NCBI GenBank assembly: GCA_964485855.1
Contig: CAZAKI010000006.1
Coordinates: 3,995 to 67,994 of the forward strand
Direction: 5' to 3'
From: an uncultured Syntrophomonadaceae bacterium
GTDB taxonomy: Bacteria; Bacillota; Dethiobacteria; DTU022
DNA: 64,000 bases
This document shows, in pieces, positions 39,550-50,051 of the stretch. The first letter of the stretch is position 1, and each line of letters starts with the position of its first letter. Both the position numbers and the translations under genes were made by a program. The notes beneath the pieces are model-generated. The model was not told where the DNA came from. It saw only the letters and a program-made list of their open reading frames with translations, and ran no database searches.

Positions 39550-40896
39550 ATGAGCGGTAACAATGGCAAGAGTCCTGCGTTTGGGCCTGGTCCCAAATCT
39601 CAAGATTTACTGAAAATGCGCGATGAACATGTTGCCAGGGGGATATCCTATGTTTTACCCGTTTTTATTGAAGAAGCAAATGGAGCTTTGCTCAAAGATG
39701 TTGATGGTAATGAGTATCTCGATTTCACAACCGGGATTGGGGTTCTTAACATTGGACACAATCATCCGGCTGTAATTGAGGCGATTAAAAAGCAGGCTGA
39801 TCAGTATTTACACACTTGTTTCATGGTAACCATGTATGAACCCTATGTCAGGCTAGCTGCCGGTCTAAATAAACTGGCTCCGGGTAATTTTCCCAAAAAA
39901 ACGGCATTATTTAACAGCGGTGCCGAGGCGGTTGAAAATGCTGTTAAGCTGGCCCGGCGATACACTAAAAAAACAGCCCTTGTTTCCCTTGAGTGCGCTT
40001 TTCATGGTCGAACCTTAATGACGATGACCTTAACCTCCAAAGTCAGGCCTTATAAATACGGATTCGGTCCTTTTGCTCCCGATGTCTATAAGATCCCTTC
40101 TCCCTATTGCTATCGCTGCCGTTTTGGCTTAAATTATCCGGATTGTAATCTAAAATGCGCTCGCTACCTGGAACAATTTTTTGCGGTAGAATGCACTGCT
40201 GATCATGTTGCAGCGGTGATTGCCGAACCGATCCAGGGTGAAGGCGGCTTTATTGTCCCCCCTGCTGATTACTTTAAAGTTCTGCATGAAATTTGTCGCA
40301 ATAATGATGTTCTGTTAATCATTGATGAAATTCAGGCTGGTTTTTACAGGACGGGAGAACCCTTGGCCAGCTTCCATTTCGGGGTTGATCCTGATCTAAT
40401 TACAATGGCAAAATCGCTGGGTGGCGGAGTGCCGATTAGCGCGGTCACCGGCAGAGCCGAAATTATGGATGCAGCAGGTCCAGGTGAAATTGGTGGTACC
40501 TATGGGGGCAACCCACTTGCCTGTTCCGCTGCTCTTGCTGTACTCGAAGCGACAGAAAAAGAAAATATTGCCGAGCGGGCTAAAGAAACCGGTCGTCTTG
40601 CCGCCGCCAGGCTGGACCAGATGGCTGAAAAATACAAGCTCATCGGGGAACATCGCGGTCTGGGGGCGATGAGAGCGCTTGAACTGGTTAAAGATCGCCA
40701 GACAAAAGAACCTGCTCCGGAAGCGGCCAAAAAGATTATCAAGCGTTGCCATGAAAACGGTTTAGTGATTATCACTTCAGGGATATTCAGCAATGTGATT
40801 CGCCTGCTGATGCCGGTTAACATTCCGGTAGAACAGCTTAATAAAGGGATGGATATTCTTGAAAGGGCACTGGCTGCCGAAGAGGGAGGTAACTAA
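39550..40896 (+). CDS. gabT: 4-aminobutyrate/5-aminovalerate aminotransferase (class III PLP)
   Basis: DVDGNEYLDF, NSGAEAVENA, AFHGRT, EPIQGEGG, DEIQAG, MAKSLGGG. Confidence 0.92.
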   Translation: MSGNNGKSPAFGPGPKSQDLLKMRDEHVARGISYVLPVFIEEANGALLKDVDGNEYLDFTTGIGVLNIGHNHPAVIEAIKKQADQYLHTCFMVTMYEPYVRLAAGLNKLAPGNFPKKTALFNSGAEAVENAVKLARRYTKKTALVSLECAFHGRTLMTMTLTSKVRPYKYGFGPFAPDVYKIPSPYCYRCRFGLNYPDCNLKCARYLEQFFAVECTADHVAAVIAEPIQGEGGFIVPPADYFKVLHEICRNNDVLLIIDEIQAGFYRTGEPLASFHFGVDPDLITMAKSLGGGVPISAVTGRAEIMDAAGPGEIGGTYGGNPLACSAALAVLEATEKENIAERAKETGRLAAARLDQMAEKYKLIGEHRGLGAMRALELVKDRQTKEPAPEAAKKIIKRCHENGLVIITSGIFSNVIRLLMPVNIPVEQLNKGMDILERALAAEEGGN

Positions 40897-40899
40897 TAT

Positions 40900-42663
40900 T
40901 TGTATTCAACATTCGGAAAGCTCCTGCTAATTGATTTAACTAAAGCTGACATTGTTGAGAAAGAGCTGGAGGAAGATATATTTCAAAAGTACCTTGGCGG
41001 TAAAGGTCTTGGCAGTTACCTGCTGATGAAAATGTTGCCCCCGGGTACTGATCCACTGGCGCCGGAGAATGTCTTGATTTTTACAACAGGTCCGGCAGCT
41101 GATACCACTCTGGCTCCTGCTTCCCGTTTTGGGGTTTTTAGTAAGTCACCGGCTACCGGTTTCTATTCGGAATCGTACAGCGGCGGACACCTGCCTCCTG
41201 TCATGAAAAGAACCGGCTATGATGCCATTGTTATTACCGGTGCAGCTGAACATCCCTGTTATATCTCTATATCTGAAGAGGGCGTTAATTTTTATGATGC
41301 CAATGGAATCTGGGGTCAAGAATCATATCCCGCAGAAGAAGAGATCATCAAGGCCGTAGGGATTAAAGGTGCACAGGCCCTGGTAATTGGGCCGGCCGGG
41401 GAAAAGAAATTGCCTTTTGCCTGCATCAAGAATAATCGCTGGCGCAGCGCCGGAAGGACCGGCCTGGGTGCAGTTATGGGTTCGAAGCATCTTAAGGGAA
41501 TAGTATTCAGCGGCAGTGCTAAAGTAGCGCCTTTTGACGAAGAAGCGTTAAATACCTGGAGCCGTAATTTTTTCCAGCGCTATAAAGATTCACCCGAAGC
41601 AAGACTTTATCAAGAGAAGGGCACCCCTGCCCTGGTTGCCGTAACAAATAGCAGCGGTTGTTTTCCAACCCGTTACTGGTCTGCCGGTAAGCTTGAAGGT
41701 TGGGAGAAGATCAGCGCAGATTATATGCAGGAAAAAATGGCTGTAAAATCGAGGGGCTGCTACCGGTGTTTCTTTGCCTGTGGTAAACTGACTACGGTTA
41801 AGGAAGGCAGGCACCTGGGGCTTAAGGTTGAAGGTCCTGAGTTTGAAACCATTTATGCTTTTGGCGGACTCTGCTGTTTGCCGCAAATGGAAGAGATCCT
41901 TTACTTAAATGATCTCTGTGACCGTTGGGGTATCGATACAATAAGTGCCGGTAATATATCTGCTTTTGCGATCGAAGCTGGCTTGCGCGGCAAACTTGAC
42001 AATCCGCCCAGATACGGAGACGCTGACTCTATAGCAGGTTTTTTGGAACAGGTAGTTGAAGGTAAGGGTGACGGTAAACTTTTTGCCGGTGGCCTTAAAG
42101 AGGCAGCCAGACTCCTTGAGATGGAAGATTTTGCAATTCACGTCAAGGGGCTTGAACCTGCCGGTTATGACCCCAGGGTTTTAAAAGGGATGGGACTTGC
42201 TTATGCCACATCGGATCGGGGTGCCTGTCACCTAAGAGCTACCTTTTATAAACCGGAATTGAGCGGGATGATTGATCCGGGGCAGATAAAAGGTAAAGCC
42301 AGGATGTTTATTGATTATGAAGATCGCTTAAATATCTATGACTGTTTAATATTTTGCCGATTTTATCGCGATCTTATCCATTGGGAGCAGTTGATAGAAA
42401 TTCTTTACCTGCTTACCGGCAATCGATACAGCTTAGCTGATTTACACAGCTTTGCATCAAGAATTCAAACCCTGACCAGGCTATTTAACTATCGCGAAGG
42501 AGCTACGAGGGCTGATGATCTTTTACCGCGTAGACTGGTGACGGAAGCCATTAATGATGGTGAAAATCTAATCAGCCAGGAAGAACTGGAGCATATGTTG
42601 CAAGATTATTACCTGCTGCATGGTTGGGATCAAAATGGTGTTCCGCCATTGAAGCAGTTCTGA
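40900..42663 (+). CDS. aor: Aldehyde:ferredoxin oxidoreductase (W/Mo-pterin AOR family)
   Basis: YLGGKG, KSPATG, IGPAGE, GRTGLGAVMGSK, C..C..AC, EGPEFET, DRGACHL. Confidence 0.93.
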   Translation: MYSTFGKLLLIDLTKADIVEKELEEDIFQKYLGGKGLGSYLLMKMLPPGTDPLAPENVLIFTTGPAADTTLAPASRFGVFSKSPATGFYSESYSGGHLPPVMKRTGYDAIVITGAAEHPCYISISEEGVNFYDANGIWGQESYPAEEEIIKAVGIKGAQALVIGPAGEKKLPFACIKNNRWRSAGRTGLGAVMGSKHLKGIVFSGSAKVAPFDEEALNTWSRNFFQRYKDSPEARLYQEKGTPALVAVTNSSGCFPTRYWSAGKLEGWEKISADYMQEKMAVKSRGCYRCFFACGKLTTVKEGRHLGLKVEGPEFETIYAFGGLCCLPQMEEILYLNDLCDRWGIDTISAGNISAFAIEAGLRGKLDNPPRYGDADSIAGFLEQVVEGKGDGKLFAGGLKEAARLLEMEDFAIHVKGLEPAGYDPRVLKGMGLAYATSDRGACHLRATFYKPELSGMIDPGQIKGKARMFIDYEDRLNIYDCLIFCRFYRDLIHWEQLIEILYLLTGNRYSLADLHSFASRIQTLTRLFNYREGATRADDLLPRRLVTEAINDGENLISQEELEHMLQDYYLLHGWDQNGVPPLKQF

Positions 42664-42714
42664 TCAATGATTTACTGTTTATGAATCTAAGCTTGAAATA
42701 AGGAGAATTGTTCT

Positions 42715-43263
42715 ATGAAACAGGCTACAGCTACTGATTTAAAAGTGTTAGCGCAGGAACACCCGGTTTTTGCCGTCAAAGAAATTGTTGAAAAGCATAT
42801 TAAAAGCAAAGGGGCGGCAATACCGATTCTGCAGGAGATTCAAAATGTTTTCGGCTATATTTCACCGGAACTGCTGCAGAGAGCCGGAGAATTTTCTGGT
42901 ATTCCGGTAAACGAACTTTACAGTATCGTTACATTTTATGCCCAGTTCAGGTTGGAACCGATTGGAGAGCATCTGATCCAAGTTTGCCATGGGACAGCCT
43001 GCCACTTAGCCGGTGCGGAACGAATCACTGAGTCAATTCAGTTCGAAACGAAAGCCGGTCCGGGGAAAACCAGCGATGACGGTCTGTTTACAATGGAAAA
43101 GGTAGCCTGCCTCGGCTGCTGCAGTCTGGCACCGGTACTGACCATTGACGAGGAAACTTATGGACAGCTTTCTCCCGAGAAAGTTCGTAAAATTATCAAG
43201 GATGTGCGACGGAAAAACCCTGAGCAATCTGCTTCAAAGGGGGATAATGAAAGTGCAGGATAA
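42715..43263 (+). CDS. NuoE/HydC-like 2Fe-2S subunit (StnA-like)
   Basis: IPILQEIQ, TFYAQF, VCHGTACH, ACLGCCSLAP. Confidence 0.9.
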   Translation: MKQATATDLKVLAQEHPVFAVKEIVEKHIKSKGAAIPILQEIQNVFGYISPELLQRAGEFSGIPVNELYSIVTFYAQFRLEPIGEHLIQVCHGTACHLAGAERITESIQFETKAGPGKTSDDGLFTMEKVACLGCCSLAPVLTIDEETYGQLSPEKVRKIIKDVRRKNPEQSASKGDNESAG

Positions 43264-45049
43264 ACAGTATAGGGTCAAAGTTGGCCTTGCAACCTGCGGG
43301 ATTGCCGGCGGAGCAGCTAAAGTTTATCAAATTTTAAAAGATCGCCTGCAAGACAGCGGGATTGAAGTGGAACGAACCGGTTGTATCGGGATGTGCTACA
43401 ATGAACCGCTGGTCGAGGTAATTGAAGCTGACGGCCAAAGTTATCTTTATGGAAATTTAGAGCCGGAAGACAGCTTGCGTATTGTCGATGAGCATATCGA
43501 AAAAGGCAAACCGGTAAGAGATTTGCTTGTGCTTGGTCGAAGTGCTGAAACCGATGATCAGACTTTTTTAGAGAAACAACATCGAATTTTGCTTAAAAAT
43601 TGCGGCCATATCGATCCAGAAGAAATTCAAAGTTACATCGATGCCGATGGTTACAAAGGTTTAAGAAGAGCCCTGGAGCAAATGACTCCGGAAGCAGTAA
43701 TCGAAGAAATAAAGCAATCCGGGTTAAGAGGCAGAGGTGGTGCAGGTTTCCCAACGCATCTGAAATGGAGCCTGACCCGTCAAGCCGAGGGGACCCAGAA
43801 GTACATTGTTTGCAATGCAGACGAGGGTGACCCTGGTGCTTTTATGGATCGCAGTGTTCTTGAAGGTGATACACACAGCGTGTTGGAGGGAATGCTAATT
43901 GCCGGGTACGCCATCGGTGCCTCGGTCGGCTATGTATATATCAGGGCCGAATATCCGCTGGCCATTCGCCGCTTAAAGATTGCCATCGGGCAGGCTGAAG
44001 AAAGAGGCTTACTTGGTAAAAATATTCTTGGTTCCAACTATAATTTTGAAATATTTATCCGGGAAGGAGCCGGAGCTTTTGTTTGTGGCGAGGAAACAGC
44101 TCTTTTAATGTCGATTGAGGGGAAAAGAGGGATGCCTCGCTTTCGGCCGCCGTTTCCGGCTCAAAAAGGTCTTTTTGGTTGTCCCACATCGATCAATAAT
44201 GTTGAAACATTTGCCAATGTGCCCCGCATACTGCATCTGGGGGCTTCGGCCTACAATCAGCTTGGGACCGAGGAGAGCAAGGGGACCAAGGTTTTTGCCC
44301 TGGCGGGAAAAATCAGGCGGGGTGGTTTAATCGAGATTCCAATGGGCACAACCATCAATGAAATAGTATTCGATATTGGAGGAGGAATTTCAACCGGAAA
44401 ACCGTTTAAGGCAATCCAAACCGGTGGTCCTTCCGGTGGCTGTATCCCAGCGGAGTTGGGCGATACTCCCGTTGATTACGAATCGCTTAAAAAGATTGGG
44501 GCGATCATGGGTTCCGGTGGTCTGCTGGTGATGGATGAAGAAACCTGTATGGTTGATGTTGCCAGGTATTTTCTCTCATTCACCAGGGAAGAATCTTGTG
44601 GCAAGTGTACCTTTTGCCGGGCCGGTACAAACCAGATGTTAAAGATTTTAGAGCGCATCTCAGAGGGTAAGGGACGGGAAGAAGATGTCGATTTGTTGAT
44701 CGAATTGGCTGAAAAGATTAAAGCCGGCTCTCTTTGTGGTCTTGGACAGACAGCGCCAAACCCGGTTCTGACCACTATTAAATATTTTCGAAATGAATAT
44801 GATGCCCATGTTAAGGAAAAGTACTGCCCAGCCAAAAAATGTAAGGCTCTGATTACCTATGAAATTAATCCGGAAGCCTGCACCGGTTGTACTCTATGCG
44901 CCAGAAATTGTCCGGTTGATGCTATTTCTGGCATCAAAAAGGAAGCACACGTTATTGATCAGACAATCTGTATACGTTGCGGTCTTTGCATCAACAGTTG
45001 TAAATTTGATGCTGTAAATGTAAATTCGAAACCGAAGCAGCCTGTATAA
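43247..45049 (+). CDS. NuoF/HydB-like FMN/NADH-binding subunit (StnB-like)
   Basis: N-terminal thioredoxin-like 2Fe-2S; GRGGAGFP; NADEGDPGAFMDR; ESCGKCTFCR; C-terminal 2x[4Fe-4S]. Start ATG 43247. Confidence 0.92.
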   Translation: MKVQDKQYRVKVGLATCGIAGGAAKVYQILKDRLQDSGIEVERTGCIGMCYNEPLVEVIEADGQSYLYGNLEPEDSLRIVDEHIEKGKPVRDLLVLGRSAETDDQTFLEKQHRILLKNCGHIDPEEIQSYIDADGYKGLRRALEQMTPEAVIEEIKQSGLRGRGGAGFPTHLKWSLTRQAEGTQKYIVCNADEGDPGAFMDRSVLEGDTHSVLEGMLIAGYAIGASVGYVYIRAEYPLAIRRLKIAIGQAEERGLLGKNILGSNYNFEIFIREGAGAFVCGEETALLMSIEGKRGMPRFRPPFPAQKGLFGCPTSINNVETFANVPRILHLGASAYNQLGTEESKGTKVFALAGKIRRGGLIEIPMGTTINEIVFDIGGGISTGKPFKAIQTGGPSGGCIPAELGDTPVDYESLKKIGAIMGSGGLLVMDEETCMVDVARYFLSFTREESCGKCTFCRAGTNQMLKILERISEGKGREEDVDLLIELAEKIKAGSLCGLGQTAPNPVLTTIKYFRNEYDAHVKEKYCPAKKCKALITYEINPEACTGCTLCARNCPVDAISGIKKEAHVIDQTICIRCGLCINSCKFDAVNVNSKPKQPV

Positions 45050-45096
45050 GCGCCAGTGGGTCCTTGCTTCTTGATTATTAATATGGAGGATTAAAT

Positions 45097-48000
45097 ATGC
45101 CCAAGGTAGAGATCACCATTAACGGGAAAAAAATAATGGCTGAAAAAGGCAGTAACCTGCTTGAAACAGCCTTGCAGAATGGAATTGATATTCCCCACCT
45201 TTGTTATGATCCGCGGATTAAACCGTTTGGATCTTGCCGCCTCTGTTTTGTTGACACTGGTGGACCAAGAGGACCGGTTGCTGCTTGCGGAACCGTGGTG
45301 GAAGAAGGTATGAATGTAGTAACTGATAACGAATCATTGTATGAACTGCGTAAAACTGCTCTGGAACTTTTACTTTCAGAACATTGCGGTGATTGTATTG
45401 CTCCCTGTCAAGAAGCCTGTCCTGCCCATATCGATATCCAGGGTTACATTGCCCTGCTCGACAGGAAAGAATATAAGAAGGCAGCCGATTTAATCAAAGA
45501 AAAGATGCCTTTACCTTCAATCTGCGGTCGTGTTTGTCCGCGATTTTGCGAAGATCAATGCAGGAGAAACATGATTGATGATCCGGTTAACATCTGCGAC
45601 CTGAAAAGATTTGCCGGAGATTATGACTTGGAAATGATTGATTCCTACAAAACAGATGCTGCTGCTGATAGTGGTAAAAAAGTAGCAGTGGTTGGTGGTG
45701 GGCCGGCGGGTTTGACTGCTGCGTACTACCTGGCTTTGAAAGGCCACCAGGTGACCTTATATGATCGTGGTCCAAAGCTTGGCGGAATGTTGCGCTATGG
45801 TATCCCTGAATACCGCCTGCCGAAAGCGCTGCTTGACCGGGAGATTAACCTGATAGCCGGACTCTGCCGGGAGGTCCGCTTGGGAGAAGTATTTGGAAAA
45901 GATTTTACCATTGATGATCTAACTGATCAATACGATGCCGTCTTCCTTGGTTTAGGCTGTCAGTCAGCCCAGGGGATGGGTCTCGAAGGAGAAGATCGGC
46001 CTGGTATCCTCAAAGGGATTGATTTTTTACGCTGTGTGGCCGAAGGTAATCCTCCGGTCCTGGGCAAAAAAGTGGCGGTTGTCGGTGGCGGCAATACGGC
46101 AATGGATGCCGCCAGAACAGCGCTTCGTTTAGGGGCAGAAGAAGTTCATTTAATCTACAGGCGCAGCCGCAATGAAATGCCGGCAGCCCTCATAGAAATC
46201 GAAGAAGCAGAAGAAGAAGGTATTAAATTTGATTACCTGACCAACCCGGTCTCGGTTTTGGGCACCGACTGTGTTATGGGTGTAGAATGTGTGCAGATGG
46301 AGTTGGGTGAACCCGATGAAAGTGGTCGTTGTCGTCCCTTGGCAGTTGAAGGATCAGAGTTCAAACTTGAAGTCGATAATGTGATCATGGCGATCGGACA
46401 AACACTGGATCAGGAAAGTACCTGTTCATGCAATCTCGAGCTAAAAGGAAAAACGATGGCCGCCTGCTCTGATACCGGTCAAACTTCTGTTGAAAAAGTA
46501 TTTGCCGCCGGGGATGCTGTAACCGGTCCGGCTACAGTTGTTGAAGCCGTTGGGGCAGCAAGGAAAACTGCACTGGCCATGGACCGATACCTTCAGGGTC
46601 AAATGGTTGAATCTGAACCGCACATCTACAATTGCTCGATGGGCCGGCTTGACCAGCTTGATCCCGATGATTTTTCTGAATATCCGAAAGAAGAGCGTTT
46701 GCCGGTGCACCATCTAGCCCCGGAAGAGCGCAAGAAAAGTTTTGCAGAATATAACCAGGGGTTGAGTGAAGAAGATGTTGTCAAAGAAACAAAGCGCTGC
46801 CTTTCCTGCGGTTGTCAGGATGTTTTTGAGTGTTCCTTACGCCGATTGGCTACTGATCTCAACCTCGATAACGAACGGTTGGGGACAGAAAAGAAAAGAT
46901 ATCCCATCAGGAAAGATCACCCCTTTATTGTGCATGATCCCAACAAATGCGTGCTTTGTGCGAACTGTGTCCGTATTTGCCATGAAGTTCAGGGGGCTAA
47001 TGCACTCTGCTTGGTTAATCGCGGTTATGATACGCTAGTCAGTCCAACTTTACAGCTGCCTCTAAATGAGACTACCTGTGAATCTTGTGGACAGTGTGTA
47101 TCGGCTTGTCCTACCGGGGCTCTTACCGCAAAAGGCTATTTCTCCAAACCCGGTCCCTGGTTTCCCGATCGAGTGGTTGAAAGTACCTGCACACGTTGTG
47201 GGATCGGCTGCCGCATCGAGTTGAATGTAGTGGCGAACAGGGTAACAGCGATAAATTCTCCTTTGCGTCAGGATCTAAATGATGGCAATTTGTGTCTTAG
47301 AGGTCGATATGAGTCGCTTTTTGCTCAAGACACCGATCGGATCCTGAAACCATTTGTCAATTTTGACGGACAAAAAAAACAAGAAATAAAATGGCCGGAA
47401 GCATTAGAAAGGGCCGCTTCCGGATTGTTACAGGTTAAAAAAGAATCTGGTCCGGAAAATATTGCTGTTGTTATCTCATCATCCCTGTGTAACGAAGAGA
47501 TGATCCTGGCCCAGAAATTAGCTACAGAGCTTATTGGGACAGATCAGTTTTACGCAACGGGGTTACCTTTGTCAGCAGCAAATAAAAGCATTAAATCTTT
47601 GTCTTACAAAAATATTGCTGAAAGCGATTTTATCCTGGTAATTGATGCCGACCTGCCTGAAGATTATCCGATTGTGGCTCAAAAAATACGTAAGGCCCTG
47701 AGTCAAGATGCAAAACTTGCTTTTATTGGGACGGAAGTAAATCGTTTGTTTAAAGATGCAGATGTTTCTGTGCTTTACAGCCCGGGGAAACTTAAGGCAA
47801 TATTAAAAGTGTTGCTGTACTATGAAAGTGGCAAAGAAAAAGTCCTTTCACTCAGTGATGCTGAGATTACTGCAGCTTTAGCCTCTTTGCCCCAGGATCT
47901 TTCTGATAATCCGGCTGTTTTGGTGCAGATAGCCTCTTTATTCTTAAATTCAAACAAGCCGGTAATCGTTGTTGATGGAGATAAAACCGGCAGCGAAACA

Positions 48001-48525
48001 TATGACCTTTTAGCAGAACTTTACAGACAGGCCGGAAATGATCTTAACCCCGGCATTCTTGCTCTGCACAGGGGTGGAAATACTGCAGGTCTGATTGAAC
48101 TGGGTTTTGCCACAGGACTGGTGGATGAAAATGTTTTAGCTCCTGGTTGCATTAATGATCAGGTAATGGTGGCAGACCTGTTTAAGCAGATGAAAGGTTT
48201 ACTGCTGATTGGCGATGAGCCGGCAGCACTGATTGATCTCGCAGCACCAGATAGTTTCATTGTGACGTTAGCTGCTTATCATCAATCCAAACTGCTCGCT
48301 TCCGATCTGGTTTTACCATTGGCCGGCTATTTTGAAACAACCGGAACGGTAGTTAACGCTGAAAGAAGGCTTTGTGAACTAAGGCCAGCCTATGCGCCGC
48401 TTGCGGGGAAAAGCAATTCAACGTTGCTGATTGACTTCGCGACAGCTCTAGGCGGCACCTTGGAACCAGTAACAAAAGCTCAGGTTGTCGAAAGAATGAG
48501 TCGGCATTTATTTTTTGAAGCCTAA
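45097..48525 (+). CDS. NuoG-like/GltD(NfnB)-like fusion with cofactor-less molybdopterin-oxidoreductase fold (StnC-like)
   Basis: N-terminal 2Fe-2S; CQEACPAH...CGRVCPRFCE; GGGPAG and GGGNTAMD FAD/NADP motifs; two further 4Fe-4S motifs; C-terminal Mo-bisPGD-like region lacking the FDH ligand motif. Confidence 0.8.
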   Translation: MPKVEITINGKKIMAEKGSNLLETALQNGIDIPHLCYDPRIKPFGSCRLCFVDTGGPRGPVAACGTVVEEGMNVVTDNESLYELRKTALELLLSEHCGDCIAPCQEACPAHIDIQGYIALLDRKEYKKAADLIKEKMPLPSICGRVCPRFCEDQCRRNMIDDPVNICDLKRFAGDYDLEMIDSYKTDAAADSGKKVAVVGGGPAGLTAAYYLALKGHQVTLYDRGPKLGGMLRYGIPEYRLPKALLDREINLIAGLCREVRLGEVFGKDFTIDDLTDQYDAVFLGLGCQSAQGMGLEGEDRPGILKGIDFLRCVAEGNPPVLGKKVAVVGGGNTAMDAARTALRLGAEEVHLIYRRSRNEMPAALIEIEEAEEEGIKFDYLTNPVSVLGTDCVMGVECVQMELGEPDESGRCRPLAVEGSEFKLEVDNVIMAIGQTLDQESTCSCNLELKGKTMAACSDTGQTSVEKVFAAGDAVTGPATVVEAVGAARKTALAMDRYLQGQMVESEPHIYNCSMGRLDQLDPDDFSEYPKEERLPVHHLAPEERKKSFAEYNQGLSEEDVVKETKRCLSCGCQDVFECSLRRLATDLNLDNERLGTEKKRYPIRKDHPFIVHDPNKCVLCANCVRICHEVQGANALCLVNRGYDTLVSPTLQLPLNETTCESCGQCVSACPTGALTAKGYFSKPGPWFPDRVVESTCTRCGIGCRIELNVVANRVTAINSPLRQDLNDGNLCLRGRYESLFAQDTDRILKPFVNFDGQKKQEIKWPEALERAASGLLQVKKESGPENIAVVISSSLCNEEMILAQKLATELIGTDQFYATGLPLSAANKSIKSLSYKNIAESDFILVIDADLPEDYPIVAQKIRKALSQDAKLAFIGTEVNRLFKDADVSVLYSPGKLKAILKVLLYYESGKEKVLSLSDAEITAALASLPQDLSDNPAVLVQIASLFLNSNKPVIVVDGDKTGSETYDLLAELYRQAGNDLNPGILALHRGGNTAGLIELGFATGLVDENVLAPGCINDQVMVADLFKQMKGLLLIGDEPAALIDLAAPDSFIVTLAAYHQSKLLASDLVLPLAGYFETTGTVVNAERRLCELRPAYAPLAGKSNSTLLIDFATALGGTLEPVTKAQVVERMSRHLFFEA

Positions 48526-48685
48526 TGGTTTGTGTTGTTCTTTTTCAACATTACTTACCGGGAATCAATACTAGTCAGCCGGGGAGGTGTGTTCCAAGGC
48601 TAGTCTCATCATAAAAAAGGGGATTTAAAAGTAAGAATAATAAAAGTATCATGAAATCTGAAAAACTGAATGCGGGAGGATTATT

Positions 48686-50026
48686 ATGTCCACGAAAATC
48701 AAAGAGTTTATGAATACTGTGATTGCTAAAAATCCTGGTGAAGTTGAATTTCACCAGGCAGTTGAGGAAGTTGTTGAAACGATTTATCCCTATATTGAAG
48801 ATAACCCTAAATACCTGAAGGCAAAAATATTGGAACGTTTGGTAGAACCGGAAAGGATTGTCATGTTTAGGGTTCCCTGGCTCGACGATAAAGGAGATGT
48901 GCAAATTAACCGTGGTTACCGCATTGAGTGGAATAGCGCCATTGGTCCCTATAAAGGTGGTATTCGTTTTCATCCCAGCGTTAATTTGAGCATTCTCAAA
49001 TTTTTAGCTTTTGAACAGGTTTTCAAAAACGCCTTGACAACCTTGCCGATGGGTGGCGGTAAAGGCGGATCTGATTTTGATCCCAAGGGCAAATCAGACA
49101 ATGAGATTATGAAATTCTGTCAGAGTTTCATGACAGAACTGAGCAGGCACATTGGTCCGAACACTGATGTCCCGGCTGGCGATATCGGGGTAGGCGGGCG
49201 TGAAATTGGTTACATGTTTGGTCAGTACAAAAGGTTGCGCAATGAGTTTACCGGTGTTTTAACCGGTAAAGGCCTTAATTGGGGTGGCAGCCTGATCCGG
49301 CCTGAAGCAACAGGATATGGATGCGTATATTTTGTAGAAGAGATGTTGAAGACCAAGGGTGACTCTTTACGCGGTAAAATTTGTGCTGTTTCGGGTGCCG
49401 GTAACGTGGCCCAGTATACTATTGAAAAACTACTTGAAATGGGCGCTAAAGTTGTTACCTGCTCCGATTCAAATGGCTATATCCGGGCGGAGCAAGGTCT
49501 GGAAAGAAAAGATCTGGAAAGCGTTTTGAAACTTAAAAATATCAAGCGTGGGCGAGTGAAAGAACTGGTTGATGAATTTGCCTGCGAATACTACGAGGAT
49601 CAAAAACCATGGTCGGTTAAATGCGACATCGCTTTCCCCTGTGCCACACAGAATGAAATTGATGAAAAAGATGCCAAGATGCTTGTTGAAAATGGCTGTA
49701 TTGCCGTTGGCGAAGGAGCGAACATGCCTACGACGCCGGCCGGTGTTGAAGTATTTCAGACAGCGAAAATTCTGTATGCTCCGGGTAAAGCCTCCAATGC
49801 AGGTGGGGTTTCGACTTCCGGCCTGGAGATGACCCAGAATAATATGCGCTTGGCCTGGTCTAGAGAAGAAGTTGATCAGAAGCTACGTTCTATTATGGTA
49901 AGTATACATAACCAGTGTGTTAAATATGGGACACAGGATGACGGCTACGTCGATTATGTCAAGGGAGCTAATATCGCCGGTTTTGTGAAAGTAGCCGATG
50001 CGATGATTGACCAGGGAATTGTTTAA
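48686..50026 (+). CDS. gdhA: NADP-specific glutamate dehydrogenase
   Basis: GPYKGGIRF, GGGKGG, DVPAGDIG, RPEATGYG, GAGNVA, NAGGV. Confidence 0.97.
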   Translation: MSTKIKEFMNTVIAKNPGEVEFHQAVEEVVETIYPYIEDNPKYLKAKILERLVEPERIVMFRVPWLDDKGDVQINRGYRIEWNSAIGPYKGGIRFHPSVNLSILKFLAFEQVFKNALTTLPMGGGKGGSDFDPKGKSDNEIMKFCQSFMTELSRHIGPNTDVPAGDIGVGGREIGYMFGQYKRLRNEFTGVLTGKGLNWGGSLIRPEATGYGCVYFVEEMLKTKGDSLRGKICAVSGAGNVAQYTIEKLLEMGAKVVTCSDSNGYIRAEQGLERKDLESVLKLKNIKRGRVKELVDEFACEYYEDQKPWSVKCDIAFPCATQNEIDEKDAKMLVENGCIAVGEGANMPTTPAGVEVFQTAKILYAPGKASNAGGVSTSGLEMTQNNMRLAWSREEVDQKLRSIMVSIHNQCVKYGTQDDGYVDYVKGANIAGFVKVADAMIDQGIV

Positions 50027-50051
50027 GTCGATGCCTGTATAGAAAGCAAGT

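Noticed and set aside
43145-43246. N-terminal extension of the NuoF-like subunit
   Set aside because: It lies within the NuoE-like gene; the RBS supports ATG 43247.
45097-48525. Formate dehydrogenase alpha subunit or [FeFe]-hydrogenase
   Set aside because: No Cys/Sec-His Mo/W ligand motif and no H-cluster motifs; a GltD-like FAD/NADP module is present instead.
48575-48973. 132-aa ORF antisense to gdhA
   Set aside because: It overlaps a highly conserved gene on the opposite strand; long antisense ORFs are a common artefact of gdh codon usage.
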